Shown: one piece after another, positions 24,783 to 34,212 of the stretch
Layout of the letters: each line of letters begins with the position of its first letter
Numbering within the stretch: position 1 is the first letter of the stretch
NCBI RefSeq assembly: GCF_001186125.1
Contig: NW_014040138.1
Coordinates: forward strand, 1-34,212
Length of the DNA stretch: 34,212 bases
Reading direction: 5' to 3'
Origin: Sphaeroforma arctica JP610
Lineage: Eukaryota
Notes under the pieces: generated by a model
The model's database searches: none
What the model was told of the DNA's origin: nothing
Seen by the model: only the letters and a program-made list of their open reading frames with translations
Program-made: the position numbers and the translations under genes

Positions 24783-25794
24783 TGACCTTCGTCCGGTCCC
24801 GCCGCATCTGCGCCTTTAGCTCTGCGCTCAGCTTGACGGTTGCAAACCCCTTGTTGCCAGACACCACCTTGTGCGACCCGGCGATGCACGAAAAGTACTG
24901 AGCCGTCGAGTCCAGGTTCCACCAGCCCCCAAACACGAGATCGTCGGCCCCGGCCAGCTTGGCCTCGTCCCGGTGCCACGCCTCCGCCGAGGCCGATTCG
25001 CCCTTCTGTCGCACCATCATGCGGTCGACCACCTGCTCAAAGTACATTGGCCCACCTTGTGTTCCAGCCAGGGGCGCCAGGAGGGGTCTGATGATCGCGT
25101 GCGCCCACACCCTAAGTAGGCGCACAGTGGGGTTGTGGAACGACGCGGGGTTCCCGAGCGCCCCAAAGCCACCCAGTACATACTTGCTGGCGTCGGCGTT
25201 GAACTCGGGGAAGTTGGCAATCTCCGCGTCAAAGTATGCCCTCGCCTGCGCCACGTCCAGGTCCGTCGGCACCACGGCGTACCCGTGCTTTTCGAGGTGC
25301 TCAAGCACTGTCAAATGATCACCACCACTCCTTCCAGGCCGTGGCTGCGGTGGTAGCGGACGGGGCTCGGGGACCCTGGCAACAACGGCAACCTCCTCGG
25401 GTGGTCTTGGGCCGGCTTTGGAGTCAATGTACGCTTGCACCATCGACTCGGCAACCACAGAGTCGTCAATGTTGACCCAGATCACACACCCCTGCTTGTG
25501 CTGGTACGGGAGCGCTCGCTGTAGCCGCACGGGCGACTCCAGGACCCACGCATACGGCGTCTTGTACCCACTGTGCAGGGCCTGCGACCCGTGGCGGTCC
25601 GAGTGGCTTGCAAACACCTCGTTGTCCAGCTTGATACAGTCTACCAACTTGGCAAACCCGACCACCTTTTGTCACCCAGACTCTACTAGGCCCACAAAGC
25701 CACGGTGTGTCGCTGGCGAACCGCGGATCCCCCAGGTCTTGTTGCCGCCAAGTATAAGGTCCAGCGGCGTCTTCTTGATTATGATTCCCTTCAT
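24637..25794 (-). pseudogene. ASCH domain fused to a PhyH-like 2OG-Fe(II) dioxygenase; in-frame stop and 3' truncation
   Basis: ATG 25794: MKGIIIKKTPLDLILGGNKTWGIRG...ESG*QKVVGFAKLVDC...YAWVLESPVRL..PYQHKQGCVIWVNI (ASCH; TGA at 25674-25672). A Pro-rich linker follows, then GYAVV...WHRD...WWNLD...GSHK (PhyH-like). The frame enters the repeat at ~24782. Confidence 0.8.
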
Positions 25795-25872
25795 TCTTCC
25801 GTGTGTCTTGAATATCTTGAATCTCTAAACTTGTGACTTGTAAAGTTACGATAACACTACTACTTATACTCG

Positions 25873-25901
25873 ATTTACAAATCCAATTTGGATTTGCAAA
25901 T
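25873..25901. promoter_or_regulatory. 29-bp near-perfect palindrome in a divergent intergenic region
   Basis: atttacaaatccaa-t-ttggatttgcaaat (13 of 14 arm positions complementary). Confidence 0.45.
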
Positions 25902-26036
25902 GGACGACCAATCGATCAATCGTGTCCTATGAGCCTTTAGGGTGTAGGGTTTGCTTGAAGGGCCCGCAGCCTGCTCAAGTTCAAAGCACATCGCACCATA
26001 GGGCCACCCCACTAGGCTTCGTCGCCCCCCAAGACC

Positions 26037-26570
26037 GTGATGGTCGGCAGCTGCGCGATCAAGGCCGAGGGGATTCCAGTATCCTCCGGCTCGCTGGTCT
26101 CCCGTCTACTGGATGGTGATGTAGCTGCTCGCGCGGACATGCTTGGCGTGATCCGAGCCGCAAAGGCCGAGGGGATTCCAATATCCTCCTGCTCGCTGGT
26201 CTCCCGGCTACTGGATGGTAGTAGTGAGACGAGGGTGAAAATTTTACGTAGTATCAAGCTGATGATGGATCACAAAATAAGTTGTTCCTACAACACGGTC
26301 GTCAAGTATGTTGTTGGACCCAACTATCGCTCGAGAGTTGAATCGATAGTCGGTCTACGAAACGCCGGTGTTCCTATAACGAACTCTACCGTCTACCGCG
26401 CACTCGTCTTGGGATATTATAATATCGTGGTTGATATTTGGACCAGAATGAAAACTGAAAGTGTACCACATAAGAAGCGCAAAGCGACAGGAAATATGCG
26501 TGTGGACGAGGTGATTAAAAGAGCGCGCGTACAATCGGAAGAAGGCCGCACATTTGACTCCTCTAGATAA
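26037..26570 (+). CDS. Hypothetical protein with tandem HTH-like repeats and a basic C-terminal NLS-like patch
   Basis: KAEGIP(V/I)SS.SLVSRLLDG twice, 34 aa apart; related ISCSYNTVVKYV and LRNAGVPITNSTVYRAL; HKKRK. Confidence 0.55.
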   Translation: MMVGSCAIKAEGIPVSSGSLVSRLLDGDVAARADMLGVIRAAKAEGIPISSCSLVSRLLDGSSETRVKILRSIKLMMDHKISCSYNTVVKYVVGPNYRSRVESIVGLRNAGVPITNSTVYRALVLGYYNIVVDIWTRMKTESVPHKKRKATGNMRVDEVIKRARVQSEEGRTFDSSR

Positions 26571-27210
26571 AATTTCCAATTTCTAAATAAATTGTCCTTT
26601 ACCAGTGCTCCTCCTGCATTCATAATCAGAAACACCGCCTCTACATGTACATTGTAAACCATCGCCTCTTGGACAGTTTAGACTCGGCGGTCGGAACCCG
26701 TAGTTGCGGACGGGGGTGTATAGGTTGACCAGCGCGACCGTGTCTGGTAGCGACTTTGGATGGTCCTTTCCATTGTCTCCGAGACCCAGCACCCCGACAC
26801 TGGGGAAGCCACTACTTCCATGTGCATAGCTGTGTACATTGTTGCCATGGGGTGGAAAATGTCACGAAGAACGTGTCCACAAGTTCTTCATAGGTCAGAT
26901 CCGACACACGGGAAATGTAATTCTTTTTACATATATATATATGTACACACACATACACATACACACACACACCGATTTTGACGTGCTGCGACTCATGACG
27001 ATTGGTGCGGATCTGAAGATGTGTGTGCAGGTGACGAATACTGAATGAAATTAAAATACTTAATTAAAAAGATAAAAGAATAACTTTTTGAATACGGACT
27101 TAAGGGGATCAACTACTACAAAAAAAGGTCGATAAAAAATTTAAGAAATATATATATTTTTTTATACCATTCGTTTCGTTCCACAAAACTTAAAAAAAAA
27201 CATTGCTACA

Positions 27211-27762
27211 ATGAGCGGCATCCTAAGAGACAACGTGTTTTACCTCAAAGACCGCCACGGCCAATACTGTGACCTGGGGGTCCTATTTGAGACCCTGGAG
27301 GTGCAGGACACACACATTGTAATCACGCTGCCAAACAAGACAAACTTTAAGCTTATGCGCAAGCCAGACACACCCGAAAGCCATTTGCCCATTAATACCA
27401 AGAAGGGTCGGGTGAACCGCATGTACGTGGAGCGTCAGGTGTTGTGTGTGCTGTACGACTGTGGAACCAAGGGCTACGTGCCATCGATTTCTCTGTGCGG
27501 CAACACATCCACAAAGCCCCCCTGTACACCCAAGCACACACTGATGCCGAAACTTTTGAAGCGTCCCGAGTACATGCAGCGCCGGCCAAAAAAGTACGGC
27601 AACTGCACACAGGCACAACCGGTCACACCGACCTGTACCACAAAACCCGCGGTTGTGGTACTACGTGGGGGTTGGAGGGATCCGATTGTTCTTGAGCCTG
27701 TTGCTGCCTGCGTAGCCGCCGGCGTTCGTCGGACTGTGCCTTCGATCGACTGTAGGGTCTAG
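27211..27762 (+). CDS. Intronless hypothetical protein (183 aa)
   Basis: ATG immediately after a very AT-rich promoter-like tract (27050-27210); open frame of complex composition; no family recognised. Confidence 0.55.
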   Translation: MSGILRDNVFYLKDRHGQYCDLGVLFETLEVQDTHIVITLPNKTNFKLMRKPDTPESHLPINTKKGRVNRMYVERQVLCVLYDCGTKGYVPSISLCGNTSTKPPCTPKHTLMPKLLKRPEYMQRRPKKYGNCTQAQPVTPTCTTKPAVVVLRGGWRDPIVLEPVAACVAAGVRRTVPSIDCRV

Positions 27763-27869
27763 TGCGGTCGAAACCGTATCCTCTGTGGTTTGAGGGATCC
27801 GATTGTTGTTGAGTCTGCTGTCGTTTGGATGTGGATGTACGGGGGGAGTCGTAGTGCTGCTCCTGCTTG

Positions 27870-28212
27870 GACCCTGTGTTGACCGGCGGTAATATCTCAA
27901 ATGACTTTCGTGGAGTATTGGACTTGAATGGTTGTGGGTAATGTCGTGCGTATCAAACTGGGCCGACACACCCTTGGACCAATCCAGAGTGGCCAGCGGG
28001 TTGGTCGCGGCACGCAGCCGTCTGGGACCGCCCGCACCCACCGCCCTGTACTGCAACCGTGACCCCCCCGCTGCTCGGGCGGACCTGGACCGTTCCAGAC
28101 ACGTAGCCGCGGCACACTTGGGCTTGGCTTTGGGCTGTTCCACTTCACATCAAGCGCCTGACCCTCCAGGTCATCATACACCAGCTCCGGGGCCACGGCC
28201 TGCACATCTTCC
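27870..28212 (-). pseudogene. Possible remnant of a transposase N-terminal WRKY/FAR1-like domain
   Basis: TCLERSR...VGAGGPRRLRA...DTHDITHNH reading inward from the right end; GGP is one substitution from GCP. Confidence 0.3.
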
Positions 28213-28342
28213 AAAATATGAAAAAAAGGTATTTTACATTTGGCATGAAATAAAGGCATTTTTCGATTTGGCATGAAATGAAGGCAAAAAGGCGTTTGGA
28301 CACAAACAATGGGGTTTTTTATACCAAAATGAAGGTACTTCC
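28210..28342 (-). repeat. Right terminal inverted repeat: four ~28-bp units (CATTTGGCATGAAA on plus)
   Basis: Cores end at 28223, 28250, 28278 and 28306. The outermost core begins at position 37 from the end, as on the left. Confidence 0.85.
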
Positions 28343-28780
28343 TTTTCATCGTCTTGGATATTAAGCTAAATTGATAGGCATCACAATAGTAGCGGACATC
28401 GTAGGACCTGAAGTAGTGTCCATGGGTCGGACAGAAATTATTTCATCGGGATCAAGTGAATTTCGCAGTTCATCAGATAAAGAGTCAAAGAGGTGTATCT
28501 AACGAGCACAACGGGCATACGTACTATCTTCAGTGGTCGTTGCACGGAATTGGGCTGTACGGAAGTGAACATGAGCGGGTAGGTACACAATCGGGGTTTG
28601 TCCAGTTGGGGTCTGTGGTTGACCCTCTCAGATAAATTCGAAAACTGGTAACTTATTCTGTTTAGCGGTGGAGGTGGCAACACGGAGGTCGGCTAGCCAG
28701 TCATCGTGGTTATCACCGCTGAGGGACAGAAGTGTCCAGCGACTACGGAGCACTGTGGTCGGGGCAGCGTCGTCGTTCAT
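28343..28780 (-). pseudogene. Copia gag N-terminal remnant
   Basis: MNDDAAPTTVLRSRWTLLSLSGDNHDDWLADLR (LxGxNxxxW gag motif)...IHLFDSLSDELRNSL; internal stops. Confidence 0.65.
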
Positions 28781-28813
28781 GATAAATGTAATTCAAAAAA
28801 TATGTCGAATAAA

Positions 28814-28825
28814 GGCCCATATCCT
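28814..28825 (-). promoter_or_regulatory. Primer-binding site of the Copia element
   Basis: AGGATATGGGCC immediately 3' of the 5' LTR, one mismatch from the GGTTATGGGCC copia-type PBS. Confidence 0.65.
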
Positions 28826-28993
28826 AATGGACAATACAAACTCAATTACTAAAGAAGTGTCTTTATTATCTTTTGGTATTGAATATTGTCTATATCTCAT
28901 CCTGCTGTGTTCCGATATATTAGTTTAGTAAAAACTATGTTGAAGTGAAGGAAAAACTATGTTGTGATTCTAAAACCTGGGCAGCGCCCAAAA
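28826..28993 (-). repeat. 5' LTR of the Copia element
   Basis: Diverged direct repeat of 14238-14418, directly upstream of the PBS and the gag ATG. Confidence 0.75.
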
Positions 28994-29707
28994 TTTCCCC
29001 CCAGTTTCTCATGTCTCAGCAGACTGTCAGACCTTTTTTTTTTAAATAAAGAAATAAAAAACAAAAAAACAAAAAAAAACATCATCAAGATGGTCGTGAA
29101 GAAAAAAAAAAGCTGTTTATGTACAATTACGTATTTACTCGAAATCTTTATCCTAATTTCATAGCCTCTCCAGACTCCAGAGCCTCTGCCTCTCGTATGT
29201 ATAAATTTGAAAAAATCCCCCCCCAAAAAAATCACAACTTGCCACAAAATATAGTGAAAAGGTATTGATCGTCAAGGACAATTCAAAACGTACTGCTCAG
29301 TAGCCCTTCTCACCGGTGGAGGGTATATTTAACAGCTTACGTTTTCCTCTCTGGGCGAATAGATATTCCCGGTTCATTTCAGCTCCAGTGATATATTTAT
29401 AGTACAGAGCACACAAAAGAAAAGGGACCTACTTCCCAAGGCCCAAGTTGGGTAGATGCAAGAGACCTAAAGAACAGTATTTATTTGATCCCTCGTCTCT
29501 TGTGCGAGTGTGTAATATTAAAATCCGAGGTGCGGCCTCCGTGCTATTTTATTACGGTCGCTAACGTAATATGTGCTAGTGAGTACACTACACTCCGTTA
29601 CACATCTCAAATTATAGTGTATTGACTCACAAGGCAGTAGAGCATAAGCTTGTTGCACTCTCGACAAAGAAAAACAACACTGCAATCTCCTGCTTCCAAT
29701 CTGTACA

Positions 29708-34178
<4,471 letters not shown>

Positions 34179-34212
34179 GTACGTATTTGTGTGCGTGTCT
34201 TCTGTGTGGTGG

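Larger units (their letters stand above)
20961..28342. mobile_element. 7,382-bp non-autonomous cargo-carrying DNA transposon (Pack-MULE-like) with a 9-bp TSD
   Basis: TTTTCATCG at 20952-20960 and 28343-28351; inverted ends made of 28-bp units; excision restores an open gag frame. Confidence 0.85.
14238..28993 (-). mobile_element. Degenerate Ty1/Copia LTR retrotransposon expanded to ~14.7 kb by nested insertions
   Basis: Minus-strand order: LTR (28826-28993), PBS, gag (ATG 28780), integrase (~17160), RT, RNase H (~14450), LTR (14238-14418). Integrase before RT is the Copia order. Confidence 0.75.

Noticed and set aside
25672..25674. Selenocysteine or programmed readthrough at the in-frame TGA
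   Set aside because: The same gene has a mutated ASCH motif and a truncated 3' end, so simple decay is more parsimonious. TGA is a normal stop elsewhere in the window.
23334..25828. Many overlapping alternative-frame ORFs
   Set aside because: Shadows of GC-rich coding sequence; only the RING and ASCH/dioxygenase frames carry motifs.
20961..28342. Endogenous giant virus or Polinton
   Set aside because: No capsid, packaging ATPase, PolB or own integrase is visible, and the 9-bp TSD differs from the ~6 bp typical of Polintons. Viral origin of individual cargo genes remains open.

Overview
Intron-rich eukaryotic DNA with GT-AG introns, CTAAC-type branch points and (TG)n/(TA)n microsatellites. 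It is plausibly from a unicellular opisthokont, which is inference only. Host genes: a mitochondrial ribosomal protein mL46 first exon (minus) divergent from a 3-exon TXNDC15-like thioredoxin membrane protein (plus), and the 5' part of an RGG-tailed Argonaute (six exons read, N to PAZ to L2; it runs off the window). Most of the DNA between them is transposon debris. About 14.2-29.0 kb is one old Ty1/Copia element (minus; two diverged ~170-180 bp LTRs, PBS, gag, integrase, RT, RNase H). It carries three nested insertions: a 513-bp solo LTR, a Gypsy-type integrase/chromodomain fragment, and a 7,382-bp cargo-carrying DNA element (20961-28342). That last element is the most notable feature. It has a perfect 9-bp target duplication and symmetric ends built from four 28-bp units. 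Inside are a 1.5-kb block of hairpin-forming repeats (including a flip/flop hairpin pair), an intronless RING-H2 gene, a decayed ASCH/PhyH-like 2OG-Fe(II) dioxygenase fusion, a tandem-HTH ORF and captured host-like fragments. No intact transposase or viral hallmark gene is visible.
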